64,000 bases of DNA, from assembly GCA_024655865.1 (NCBI GenBank), contig JANLFM010000006.1, positions 16,183 to 80,182 on the forward strand, in the 5' to 3' direction. Every line of letters starts with the position of its first letter. The stretch's first letter is position 1. Source of the DNA: Caldisericota bacterium (GTDB taxonomy: Bacteria; Caldisericota; JANLFM01). The notes under the pieces are model-generated. The model searched no databases, was not told the origin of the DNA, and was given only the letters and a program-made list of their open reading frames with translations. The translations under genes and the position numbers were made by a program. Positions 10,018 through 19,216 of the stretch are shown piece by piece.

Positions 10018-10050
10018 TTGACGATTTGTTGACAATAAGTTGACGATTCT
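10018..10050. promoter_or_regulatory. Three 11-bp-phased direct repeats TTGACGATTTG / TTGACAATAAG / TTGACGATTCT
   Basis: Read directly in the 50-bp gap between the lipoprotein gene stop and the kinase RBS. The helical-turn spacing is typical of OmpR/PhoB-type response-regulator sites. On the plus strand they also resemble stacked -35 hexamers. Confidence 0.35.
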
Positions 10051-10549
10051 ACTTGCTTTTCTTGAGCCCCGTCACAAGCCATGGGCCTTTCTCCCAAAGC
10101 CTGCTTAGCTCAATTACCCATACCCCCTTGTTCTGGACTATGAGCTTAACGGAAGTCGTCTGGGAACCCGGGCTCGTTTCCTCTCCCTCGTAATAAGCGA
10201 GGAGCTGGTGGTCTTCCCCTAAAACCGTTATCCCCTTTCCGGAGGCTAAAAGGTCGATTTTTTCATCGGGCTTGAGCCCTATAAGGTCGGATGTGAAATA
10301 TAAAGCAGAATTCAGGGAATCATAGGCCCAATTTTTACCGAGGACTGGAAAGCCCTGGGGCTCAGTGCTTATAAGCTTTTCAATATCACCCCGCTCTAAA
10401 TTCTCCCAGCGACCCTGATTATAAATTTGATAACCTGAGGCCGAAGAGCAACTAGACAGCAGAATCAAAAGCGCAAGAAGGATGATGGTTATTCTTTTCA
10501 TATGATCTTTTATACAAAAACCAACTCCATAGGTCAAGGACTGTCTCAT
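10049..10549 (-). CDS. Small lipoprotein of unknown function
   Basis: Signal peptide with a lipobox (LLSSCSS). No recognisable domain. Confidence 0.5.
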   Translation of the reverse strand: MRQSLTYGVGFCIKDHMKRITIILLALLILLSSCSSASGYQIYNQGRWENLERGDIEKLISTEPQGFPVLGKNWAYDSLNSALYFTSDLIGLKPDEKIDLLASGKGITVLGEDHQLLAYYEGEETSPGSQTTSVKLIVQNKGVWVIELSRLWEKGPWLVTGLKKSK

Positions 10550-12348
10550 TGCGGGATTTCCATGGATGTCGCCTGGGTAGTGTAGAGGAGGTAGTAAAGG
10601 CCTCTTTTTTCCATAAGGGACTCGTGGGTTCCTTCTTCGACTACCTGTCCCCCCTCCAGGACCAGAATTTTTGTTGCGCTTCTGATTGTTGAGAGGCGGT
10701 GAGCAATGACGATTGAGGTTCGCCCTTCCATGATTTTGGCTACGGCTTCTTGAATGAGTTTTTCGGTATCAGAATCGATATTTGAGGTAGCTTCATCCAG
10801 AAGCAGGATGGATGGATGACGATAAATGGCCCTGGCGAAAGATAGAAGCTGTCTCTGACCTGCAGAAAGGTTTGCTCCGTTGGGCGCAAGCATGGTCTGG
10901 TACCTTTCGGGCAATTCCTCCACGAACCGAGCATTAACATAAAGGGAGGCTTCCCTGGCTCTTTCCTCGTCTCTCTCCCAGAGGGTGATGTTGTTGAGGA
11001 TGGTATCGCGGAACAAAGTCACATCCTGAAGCACCAGGGACATTTTTTCCCGCAGGTTTTGGAGATCGTGTGAGCGAAGCTCGACCCCGTCAACCAGAAT
11101 TTCCCCCTGGTAATCCCACCAGAAACCCAAGAGCAAGTTCAAAATGGTGGTTTTCCCGGCCCCGGTGGGGCCGACAATTGCTAAGGACTCCCCCGGGGAA
11201 ACGTGGAAGGAAACATTTCTCAATACTGGAGTCCCATTGTAGGAAAAGCTCACGTTTCTGAACTCCACTTCCCCCTTGATGGGGATTCGGAGTCTTCCTT
11301 CCCTGTATTCCCTGTCGTCCTCCTCGAAAAAATCCATGATCTTCTCTAAAGAGGCAAAGGCAGTCTGGAAGATGGAGTATTTGTCCGAAAAATCAGCAAT
11401 GGGCTCAAAGAACATGTCCAGGTAGAGGAAGAACGCCACAAGCACCCCCATCGTGCTATATCCCTGGTAGAGCGCCCACCCTCCGTAAAGCAGGATTACC
11501 GCACGGCTGAATTGCTTGAGGAAGTTTATCGAGGGGTAAAACAGGGTTCTCAGGCGAAAAGCCCTGAGGTTCTCTTGAAGAAAGCGTTGATTGATCTCCC
11601 TGAACTCCTCCCGGTTCCTCTCCTCCCTGTTAAAGGCCTTTATAATCTGAAATCCAGAGAGGTTCTCCTGGAGGTAAATGTTCATCTCCGCTACTATTTT
11701 CCGCACCCTGCGGAAAATGATCCTCATTCTGATCCCCACGTACTGGAGCATAAAAGCAATGGGCATGGCGACAAGCATGGTGATCAAGGTCAGGCGCCAA
11801 TCCATAATGAACATCACGGCTAAGATGCCCAGGAGCATAGCGGCATCGGCAATCAGAGCTGAAATTCCAGCAGTAAGGAGCTCGTTCAAGTTTTGAATGT
11901 CATTGGTCAGACGGGTTATTATTTTCCCCACGGGGTTCTGATTGTAAAAGCGGATGGAGAGGGAAAGCAGGTGTTCCATGAGATCCGAACGCATCCTCCA
12001 CATCAACTTCTGTCCCAGGGAATTGGAAATCAGAGCTCTACCCCACCCTAACAGGAAAGAGAGGACGGCGAACCCCAAAATCAGGGACGCTACGAGCGGC
12101 ACTCCCTGAAAATTCCCTGGAACGATGTACTGGTCAATTCCCAGTTTGAAAAGGTAAGGAAGGGCAACGTTGGTCAGGGAGGCAAACAGGATTGTGAGGA
12201 TACAAACTGTGAGATGGAGCGGGTAGCGTTTCAAATACCTCCAGAAGAAGAGCAGCAACTGGGAATCTTTTCTTTTACGCTCTAATTCCTGCTCCATAAG
12301 CCTTTCCTTCAAGAACCTGAGTGCGGTAAAGGTGGGAAAAATAACCAC
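10546..12348 (-). CDS. ABC exporter, fused permease/ATPase (MsbA/ABCB-like), half-transporter 2
   Basis: Six-TM domain followed by Walker A (GPTGAGKTT), the LSAGQRQ signature and Walker B (LLLDEATS). The true start is probably the internal M at 'MEQELERKRK', which shortens the overlap with the upstream gene. Confidence 0.85.
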   Translation of the reverse strand: MVIFPTFTALRFLKERLMEQELERKRKDSQLLLFFWRYLKRYPLHLTVCILTILFASLTNVALPYLFKLGIDQYIVPGNFQGVPLVASLILGFAVLSFLLGWGRALISNSLGQKLMWRMRSDLMEHLLSLSIRFYNQNPVGKIITRLTNDIQNLNELLTAGISALIADAAMLLGILAVMFIMDWRLTLITMLVAMPIAFMLQYVGIRMRIIFRRVRKIVAEMNIYLQENLSGFQIIKAFNREERNREEFREINQRFLQENLRAFRLRTLFYPSINFLKQFSRAVILLYGGWALYQGYSTMGVLVAFFLYLDMFFEPIADFSDKYSIFQTAFASLEKIMDFFEEDDREYREGRLRIPIKGEVEFRNVSFSYNGTPVLRNVSFHVSPGESLAIVGPTGAGKTTILNLLLGFWWDYQGEILVDGVELRSHDLQNLREKMSLVLQDVTLFRDTILNNITLWERDEERAREASLYVNARFVEELPERYQTMLAPNGANLSAGQRQLLSFARAIYRHPSILLLDEATSNIDSDTEKLIQEAVAKIMEGRTSIVIAHRLSTIRSATKILVLEGGQVVEEGTHESLMEKRGLYYLLYTTQATSMEIPQ

Positions 12349-14014
12349 CTTTTTCTAACAGTTCATGGGGGGAACCAAACTCTCTTACCTTTCCCTCAAA
12401 AAGCACAAGAACCAGATCCGCCCAGAGCAAGGTAGAAACTCTATGGGAAATCGTAATTACGCTCTTTCCGTGCTCTCGCGAGTGTTCCTTGAGGTTGGTG
12501 ACGAGCCTCTCTTCGGTTACCGTATCCACAGCGGAAAGGGCGTCGTCCAGAAGAAAGACTGGTCTTCCGGAAATCAGGGCTCGGGCAATGGCCACCCTCT
12601 GCCTCTGTCCCCCTGAAAGGGTCACTCCCCTTTCTCCCACCACCGTGTTCAATCCTTCAGGAAACTGCTCAATATCCTCATCCAGACAGGAGATCCGGGC
12701 CGCTTCCTCTACCTCCTTGAGCTCTGCCTGGGGGCGAGAATAGCGAATATTCTCGAGGAGCGTTGCTGAGAACAGGTAGTTGTCCTGAGGGACGAGGGCA
12801 AAAAACTGACGCAGAGTCGAAAGGGGGATGTACCTCACATCTATATCGTTGAGGAAAATTCTATTCTCTTCAGGCTCCACCAATCTCAGGATCAGGCGAA
12901 AAAGGGTGCTTTTCCCGGCCCCCACCGGACCTACAATCCCTAAAACCTGACCCCTTTCCAGGCGGAAGGAAACCCGATCCAAAACATTCCGGCCCTCAAG
13001 AGAAAAGGAGAGGCTCCTGACTTCCAGGCTCTGGAATTCCTTTCCGGGATCGCAAAGAGGCTCCTCGTGACTCTTTTCTTTTTCCGCGTAAATGATTTCC
13101 TCCACTCTCTTAAGCGAGGCTCGCGAGCGCTGAAAAGTAGTGGTGGTAAACCCCAAGGCCATCATGGGCCAGGAAAGGGTGTTAATGTAGTTCACGAAAG
13201 CTACAAGCAACCCCAGGGAGAGCTCTCCTGCCATGACCAGGTTGCTACCGTAGAAGAAGGCCAAAACTACCGAAATCATCACCAGGAAACCCATGGACGG
13301 CTCAAATACCCCTTCCAGTTTCACCAGGCGCATGTTCGTCCTGTAGTACTCCTGGTTGACCTGCTGGAAGATCTCCATCACTCTGGACTCCTTAGCAAAG
13401 GCTCTCAACACTCTGACCCCGGAGATGAACTCCTGCGCTTTTTCCGTGAGCTTACCGAAAACATCCTGCACTACCTTGAAGAGCCCGAAAACGTAGCGGC
13501 TGAAAAATAGGGCCACAATGGCAATCACGGTAATTGGTCCTACAGTGGTCAAGAAGAGCTTCCAGTTTAGGGAAACCATCAAAATTACTGTGGAAACCCC
13601 CAATACTATCACATCGGTAAATCCGATCAGGCCGAAGACCAGAAATTGCCTCACGGCCTGCATGTCGTTGGTGGCGCGAGCCATGATGTCCCCAATGTCC
13701 TCTTTCTGGAGAAAGTTAAGGGGAAGATTCAAAACCTCCCGAAAGAACTCCTCTCTTAGGTTGCGATCAAAGAATAAAGCTAACTTGCCCATCTGCCACC
13801 GGTAAGCGTAACGTAAAAGGGTGATCAAAATAGCCAGAGCCAAAAAATAGAGGCCGTAAAGGTAAGTGCCCGAAGCGTGTCTCCCCACTGCATCGATAAA
13901 GAACCCGAAGACAAGAGGGAGCAAAAGTTGAAGGCCATCCACAGCGATCAGAGCGAGGATGGCCCAGAGGTATTTCTTCCAATTTTTGAAAATATATTTC
14001 CAGACTCTCTCCAT
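12275..14014 (-). CDS. ABC exporter, fused permease/ATPase, half-transporter 1
   Basis: Walker A (GPVGAGKST), signature LSGGQRQR and Walker B (FLLDDALS). Tandem with the previous gene, which suggests a heterodimer. Confidence 0.85.
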   Translation of the reverse strand: MERVWKYIFKNWKKYLWAILALIAVDGLQLLLPLVFGFFIDAVGRHASGTYLYGLYFLALAILITLLRYAYRWQMGKLALFFDRNLREEFFREVLNLPLNFLQKEDIGDIMARATNDMQAVRQFLVFGLIGFTDVIVLGVSTVILMVSLNWKLFLTTVGPITVIAIVALFFSRYVFGLFKVVQDVFGKLTEKAQEFISGVRVLRAFAKESRVMEIFQQVNQEYYRTNMRLVKLEGVFEPSMGFLVMISVVLAFFYGSNLVMAGELSLGLLVAFVNYINTLSWPMMALGFTTTTFQRSRASLKRVEEIIYAEKEKSHEEPLCDPGKEFQSLEVRSLSFSLEGRNVLDRVSFRLERGQVLGIVGPVGAGKSTLFRLILRLVEPEENRIFLNDIDVRYIPLSTLRQFFALVPQDNYLFSATLLENIRYSRPQAELKEVEEAARISCLDEDIEQFPEGLNTVVGERGVTLSGGQRQRVAIARALISGRPVFLLDDALSAVDTVTEERLVTNLKEHSREHGKSVITISHRVSTLLWADLVLVLFEGKVREFGSPHELLEKGGYFSHLYRTQVLEGKAYGAGIRA

Positions 14015-14085
14015 GGGCTTTATATAATTTAAGCCAAATTGAGGGTTATAGCAATGAGAATAGAGGAGGAGTCACAGGCGAGGTT

Positions 14086-15261
14086 TTAGATTAGGCCCTC
14101 GTTACGGTGCTTTTCCAGGACTGCCTCTGCCAGACGATCCAGGGCTTGGAAATCCTCCTCCTTAGGCAAGCCCCTTGCCAGGACGGGCTCCAGGATCTCA
14201 ACTTTTAAATTGGAAAGCATGCCCGAAATCTGTTCCACGGTCTTGCCACCCCAGCCAAAGGAGCCGATAAGCGAGACGAAGCGCAGTCTTGGACGGAGAG
14301 CGTTCGCCAGGAAAGCGGCAAAGGCAGCGTAAGGGTGAGCACCCCCGAGAACAGTAGGCGTTCCTAAAATCAGAGTGGCTGCATCTACCAGGGCCATGGC
14401 GATTTTTCCCAGATCTGTTTGGGGCAGCTCGAACCTTTCCACCTGAATTCCTCTTTTAATCAGGGCATCAGTGAGGTAATCAACCATAATCCTCGTGGAA
14501 TTGTGCATGGAAACGAAAGGAAGTACCATGATATTCTTGGGTGCGCCGCTCGTCCACTCACGGTATTTGTCCATGATCAATTGGGGATTATCCCAGAGGG
14601 GTCCATGGCTGGGAGCGATGATGGAAACATCCAGGGTTTTGACCTTCTCGAGATTCTTTTCAATCGTGGAGCGGAAGGGCATCATAATCTCGGCAAAATA
14701 GCGTTTGGCTGCTTCTAAGGAATAATCTCCTCGGGCATAGGTTTTCGAGGTAGCGAGATGTAAGCCAAAAAAGTCACAAGTGAAAAGGATTTTGTCCTCC
14801 CTCAAATAGGTAACCATGGTTTCAGGCCAGTGCACCCAGGGAGTGTACAGGAACTCAAGGGTCTTATTTCCCAGACTGAGGGCCTCACCGTCCCCAACTA
14901 CCTGCACTCTCTCCTCAGGGATCCTGAGATGAGCCATTAGGATTTCTTTCCCCTTAGAAGAGACAACCAGTTTACTTTCCGGGAAGAGTTCCAGGACTTC
15001 CGGGATCAGGCCTGAGTGATCCTGCTCTCCATGGTGGGCGATGAGATAATCAATCCTCTTTATCCTCTTTAACTCTCTCAGGAAAACTTCCCTCATTGTG
15101 GGATCAGAGGTATCCAGAAGAGCGGTCTTTTCTGAACCTTCTATTAAGTAAGCATTGTAACTCGTTCCATCGGGCAAAGGGATTAAAGAATCAAAAAGCC
15201 GCCTGTCCCAATCAACTGATGGAAGTAGAAAAACACCCTCGCTAATTTTCCTTTTCAGCAT
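14086..15261 (-). CDS. Flavodiiron protein (FprA-type O2/NO reductase)
   Basis: Metallo-beta-lactamase-like di-iron motif (HHGEQDHSG). C-terminal flavodoxin-like domain. Confidence 0.8.
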   Translation of the reverse strand: MLKRKISEGVFLLPSVDWDRRLFDSLIPLPDGTSYNAYLIEGSEKTALLDTSDPTMREVFLRELKRIKRIDYLIAHHGEQDHSGLIPEVLELFPESKLVVSSKGKEILMAHLRIPEERVQVVGDGEALSLGNKTLEFLYTPWVHWPETMVTYLREDKILFTCDFFGLHLATSKTYARGDYSLEAAKRYFAEIMMPFRSTIEKNLEKVKTLDVSIIAPSHGPLWDNPQLIMDKYREWTSGAPKNIMVLPFVSMHNSTRIMVDYLTDALIKRGIQVERFELPQTDLGKIAMALVDAATLILGTPTVLGGAHPYAAFAAFLANALRPRLRFVSLIGSFGWGGKTVEQISGMLSNLKVEILEPVLARGLPKEEDFQALDRLAEAVLEKHRNEGLI

Positions 15262-15334
15262 TTTTTATCCTCCCTTAATTTAAGACCTGTCATCAAATTA
15301 GACAGAGAACGGCTTGAGGATATTCCTCAAATGC

Positions 15335-16366
15335 TCAGGAGAGCTCGTAATATGTTGCCCTTCCCAATCCCCGGCGCACGATCAGGCCATTTTCTAAAAG
15401 AGGATCCAGGATCCGGTTGGCCATCTCCCTGGAAACCTGAAACATCCTCTGAACATCGGAGATGCGCAGGCGACCTTCCCGCTTCAAGACCCTGATAACT
15501 TCCCTTTGTCTCTCGTCCAGGTATATCTGGCCTTTTTTCTCCTTAAGCCTGGATTCCAGGGAAAGCTCATTTATCGCTTCTTTCACTTTCTTCAGGGAGA
15601 CCGCTACCCCCTCAGCGAAGTATTCCAACCATCCCGTGAGCTCTCCCGTGCGATCAGCTAAGGCAAGAGCGGAGTAATACCCCTTGAGGTCGGTGTTGTA
15701 GTACTCGTCGAGGACGAAGAAACGCTTGGTATCGAAACCACGCAAATACAGGATCAGGGTTGCCAGAAGCCTTGCTGTCCGTCCGTTTCCATCGGTGAAG
15801 GGGTGAATACGCACAAGTTCGTAGTGAGAAACCCCCGAGACGATCACCGGGTGGAAGTCCCGGGAAGGCCCGTTAATCCATTGAAGAAGATTTTCCAAAA
15901 GCGAGGGGACTTGTTCTGCAGGTGGTGCTTGAAAGACAATCCTCCCTAAGTGATCCAATACCGCAACCCGCCCGCTGCGGATAGTCCCTAACTCCTCCTG
16001 GGGGAGCAATCCCTTCATCAGGGTAGAGTGGAGCGCCATAATCGTTTCTCTTTCAATAAGCGGCAACCCCTTGTTTCCTAACTCGTCCACGAGCCTTAAG
16101 GCGCTCAGGTAATTCAGGATCTCCTGCTTGTCCTTTTCCCTGGCCGCCACATCCTCGCCCCGAAAAAGAGAAGATACCTGTTCGCTGTTCAAGGGATTCC
16201 CCTCAATGGCCGTGGAGTGGTGAGCCATCTGGAGCATAGCCTGTCTCCTGAGTTTGAAATCCCACTGGGGAAGGATGTAAGCGGAATTGATCAATTCCCG
16301 GACGCTGGAGATTTCCGCAACCAGGTTCAGTAGTCTAGGTGTAATTTCAAAATGAGGCCGATACAC
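15335..16366 (-). CDS. Fic-family AMPylase/adenylyltransferase with C-terminal winged helix
   Basis: Canonical Fic motif (HPFTDGNGRTARL). An N-terminal inhibitory-helix motif (STAIEGN, matching (S/T)xxxE(G/N)) is present. The C-terminus carries a wHTH-like region. Confidence 0.85.
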   Translation of the reverse strand: MYRPHFEITPRLLNLVAEISSVRELINSAYILPQWDFKLRRQAMLQMAHHSTAIEGNPLNSEQVSSLFRGEDVAAREKDKQEILNYLSALRLVDELGNKGLPLIERETIMALHSTLMKGLLPQEELGTIRSGRVAVLDHLGRIVFQAPPAEQVPSLLENLLQWINGPSRDFHPVIVSGVSHYELVRIHPFTDGNGRTARLLATLILYLRGFDTKRFFVLDEYYNTDLKGYYSALALADRTGELTGWLEYFAEGVAVSLKKVKEAINELSLESRLKEKKGQIYLDERQREVIRVLKREGRLRISDVQRMFQVSREMANRILDPLLENGLIVRRGLGRATYYELS

Positions 16367-16401
16367 GACAATAGTTTATAACAAAATGCTAACTTTTGGC
16401 C

Positions 16402-17508
16402 TCAAGAAAGGGGTCTTAAAGTTATGTCTCCAGAAATGGTCTTAATCTCCAGGACAGCGTCCCGCTCGTTCAGCACCCCGGTGAATTTGTGCCCGATTCT
16501 TATCCAATCCTTTTCCAGCCAGACCGGCCCTGCCTTTTTACCCTCATTGAGGGTCTCCTCGAAAACCCGCTCGGAGGTCAAGGGCAGGTTACTGAAAAAG
16601 CTCCCGGAAAGGGTAGCAACTTTAACTTCCAGGCGTGCGCTAGGCGGAATCCTGAGATTGATGTCCCCTGAGGTCGTAGCCAGCTCGTATTTCCCCCCCG
16701 ATTTGGGAATTATAGCCAGAGAGAGGTCCCCCGAAACAGTGCTTACTTTAACGAAGGGAGCGTTTAAAACCCGGGCTTGAAGGTCTCCAGAAGTGGTCGA
16801 AGCCTGAAGCTGCCCTTCGATTTCCTCTATCCGCAAATCGCCAGAGATCAAGGAGAAGCTCCCATTTCCTTTAGTCTTTCCTAATTCCACATCCCCCGAG
16901 ACGGTCTCGCACTTCAAGTCTCCATTCGCACCTTCTAAATTGATGTCCCCGGAGGTGGTATTTATGTTCAAGGGTCCCTCAAAGCCTTCCACCCTGATGT
17001 CTCCGGAACTGGTACGCAGTCGGCCCTGGCCCTTAATTTCCCTGAGCTTGCAATCCCCGGAAGTGCTGCGAAAGTACAGTTCCCCCTCCCACTCCTGGAC
17101 CGTGAGGTCACCGGAGATGGTGTAAAAATCCAGAATTAGCCCTTTAGGCAGGGTAATCTCCAGATCGACCTCGTCCCTAATTTTTTGATCGAACTCCACG
17201 CTCAAGCTGATGCCAACTTCTTTCAAACTGGAGGAGACAGCACCCCAGATGGTCTCCCAGAGCTCGCGCCCCGGACTCCTATCGGGTTCCTTCTTGGATT
17301 CTTCCGTTATTTTTTTCGTTCCGCTCCTGATGATCAGCTCCTCTTGGGAAGCTTCGATCACCGGGACCACCGACTCCGGTCTGCGCTTGATAATCACCAC
17401 CCTGGCCTGCTCCTCATCCGTGCCCTTGATGAAGACATCAGCTGAGGATAGGCGGATGGTAACCCTCCCTCCTTTTTTCAGGCTATAAGCGCTCTCTATT
17501 TTGTCCAT
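16402..17508 (-). CDS. DUF4097-like beta-helix repeat protein (LiaF/YvlB-type 'putative adhesin' fold)
   Basis: Roughly ten tandem '(T/S)SGD(I/L)' repeats spaced about 20 aa apart. No signal peptide. Overlaps the MerR gene by 26 nt. Confidence 0.6.
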   Translation of the reverse strand: MDKIESAYSLKKGGRVTIRLSSADVFIKGTDEEQARVVIIKRRPESVVPVIEASQEELIIRSGTKKITEESKKEPDRSPGRELWETIWGAVSSSLKEVGISLSVEFDQKIRDEVDLEITLPKGLILDFYTISGDLTVQEWEGELYFRSTSGDCKLREIKGQGRLRTSSGDIRVEGFEGPLNINTTSGDINLEGANGDLKCETVSGDVELGKTKGNGSFSLISGDLRIEEIEGQLQASTTSGDLQARVLNAPFVKVSTVSGDLSLAIIPKSGGKYELATTSGDINLRIPPSARLEVKVATLSGSFFSNLPLTSERVFEETLNEGKKAGPVWLEKDWIRIGHKFTGVLNERDAVLEIKTISGDITLRPLS

Positions 17509-17899
17509 TTTTGGCTCCTTTTTTTACCGTCCACTCCAAAAGCTCCAAGGTTCTATCGCCTACGAGCTTAGCGTAAAGGCTCTCCAGAAGGATCATCAAC
17601 CACACCGGGTCGTCCTCCTCCTGAACCTGCCCGCTTTTTAACTTGGTCAGCGCCAATTCCTTGCACCCTAATTTCTGGATCACCCTGATCTCTGCGGTAG
17701 AGAGTTCGTACTCCTTGACCAGCCTGTTAATCAGGGAGAGAATACGAATCTCTTCTTCCGAGAACCTTCTCTGATTTCCAGGCGTGCGTTTGGGGAAAAT
17801 GAGACCCAGATCCTCCCAGTATCTCAGCATCCTGGGAGAGACTCCCACTTTAGAGGCTGCTTCCTCGATGGTGTAATATTTCTCGTTCATTTTCCCCAT
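17483..17899 (-). CDS. MerR-family transcriptional regulator
   Basis: N-terminal HTH (YTIEEAASKVGVSPRMLRYWEDLGLI). No metal-binding cysteine cluster. Confidence 0.8.
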   Translation of the reverse strand: MGKMNEKYYTIEEAASKVGVSPRMLRYWEDLGLIFPKRTPGNQRRFSEEEIRILSLINRLVKEYELSTAEIRVIQKLGCKELALTKLKSGQVQEEDDPVWLMILLESLYAKLVGDRTLELLEWTVKKGAKNGQNRERL

Positions 17900-18070
17900 T
17901 CTGTCTCATCGCTCAGGGTTAGCACAAGTTAATGATAATTAAGGGGGAAATTATGTCAAAAGTCTGTCAAGTTTTTTGAGGAAATTTTTTCTAATTTGAA
18001 TAAAAATAAAGAAAATATGCGCCACTTGAAGAGCGAAAGGCGTCTCCTATTTAAACGGGCCCTGATAAGT

Positions 18071-18265
18071 TTAAGCGGCTTTCCTTTCCCCTGCCCTTTG
18101 TTCTTCCTTAATGTTCCGTAGGAACTTCCCGCAGTTCTGACAGGCCCACACTCCCAAAACGTTCTCGTAACCACAGTAGGGACAGGGAGCGCTGAGCTTG
18201 GCGCCACATTTCACGCAATTTAGGGCTCCAAATACATTTTCTTCCCCGCAGTTAGGACATTTCAT
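18071..18265 (-). CDS. Zinc-ribbon protein
   Basis: 64 aa with four CxxC pairs (CPNCG..CVKCG..CPYCG..CQNCG). Confidence 0.5.
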   Translation of the reverse strand: MKCPNCGEENVFGALNCVKCGAKLSAPCPYCGYENVLGVWACQNCGKFLRNIKEEQRAGERKAA

Positions 18266-18321
18266 CCCTTTACCTCCTTAAATTAATTTTACCAGAGGAG
18301 GAACCCGGAAAGGAACTTCAA

Positions 18322-18843
18322 TTATTTTTGAAGGAGAATTTCTCTTAAGAAGGAGACTATTTTGGGGATAGCTCTTCTTACCTGGGGCGAGAGCTCCAGG
18401 GAAAACTCGATGCCTGCAGGCTTTAAGAGCAAGAATTTCACTTGAGCAGAGGAGCCCTTTTTGACCTCCTCCGCAAGTAACTTCAGGGGGAACCGGTGCG
18501 AAAAAAGGGGTTCATCCGGAAGTTCCTCCGGGTCAAAAAATTCCCAATTTCCGGAGGAACCAGGGATATCCCCCGCATCGCAGATGAGCACTGCTTCGGG
18601 ATTCAAGCGCAGAATCGGGGAAAGGAAGCTTTCTGGGGCGCTTTCTCCCCAAAATAGGTGGACGCCCTCGGGAATTGATTTCTTGAGCGCAGAAAGCAAA
18701 TAGAAAGCCCAGCCATCGTCCCCGCGCAGAGTTGAACCAGCCCCTAAGATCACCAGGGGGCGCTTTTTGAAGAAATCCTCAATACTGGAAGGCGAAAACT
18801 TACTCTTTTTGATTTTCCTTTCCGGTTTCTTCTGAAGAGGCAT
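18322..18843 (-). CDS. Hydrogenase maturation endopeptidase (HycI/HybD family) for the group-4 large subunit
   Basis: 'ILGAGSTLRGDDGWA' matches the GxGNxxxxDDGxG motif. It is the last gene of the Mbh operon. The annotated ATG adds about 30 aa and overlaps the NuoI-like gene by 44 nt. A GTG just before 'ILGAG' is an alternative start. Confidence 0.75.
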   Translation of the reverse strand: MPLQKKPERKIKKSKFSPSSIEDFFKKRPLVILGAGSTLRGDDGWAFYLLSALKKSIPEGVHLFWGESAPESFLSPILRLNPEAVLICDAGDIPGSSGNWEFFDPEELPDEPLFSHRFPLKLLAEEVKKGSSAQVKFLLLKPAGIEFSLELSPQVRRAIPKIVSFLREILLQK

Positions 18844-19216
18844 CCTCCTTGGGTTTCGGAGGTACTCCCTCTTTGCGGTCGATAAGTTGTGCTCTCTGGA
18901 AGGTGGCTAATTCAAAGATCTGACTCATGGTGATCGCCTTCCGGGGACAACTGTCCGCACACTGACCGCAATAAATGCACCGGTCCAGGGAGAAGGTGCA
19001 GGCGAAGGTCTTTTCCGCAATCTTTTCAATGGTAATTACTCCAGAGGGACAATCCCTCTCGCAGATCTTGCAGCCTACACACTTTTCCGGATCAAACACC
19101 GGACGACCACGGAAGTTTGGGGGGACAGGAAGGCGCTCTTTAGGATAGAGAACGGTAGCTGGTTTGCGGCCTAAATTTTTTGTGATTTCACGCCAGATAG
19201 CACCGGGACGAGTCAC
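18800..19216 (-). CDS. NuoI/HycF-like 2x[4Fe-4S] ferredoxin subunit of the group-4 hydrogenase
   Basis: Motifs CVGCKICERDCP and CIYCGQCADSCP. Confidence 0.85.
   Translation of the reverse strand: MTRPGAIWREITKNLGRKPATVLYPKERLPVPPNFRGRPVFDPEKCVGCKICERDCPSGVITIEKIAEKTFACTFSLDRCIYCGQCADSCPRKAITMSQIFELATFQRAQLIDRKEGVPPKPKEDASSEETGKENQKE

Noticed and set aside
17956-18207. 83-aa ORF between the MerR gene and the zinc-ribbon gene
   Set aside because: It overlaps the zinc-ribbon ORF and has a Lys/Arg-rich low-complexity sequence. It is more likely promoter or leader sequence of the MerR gene.
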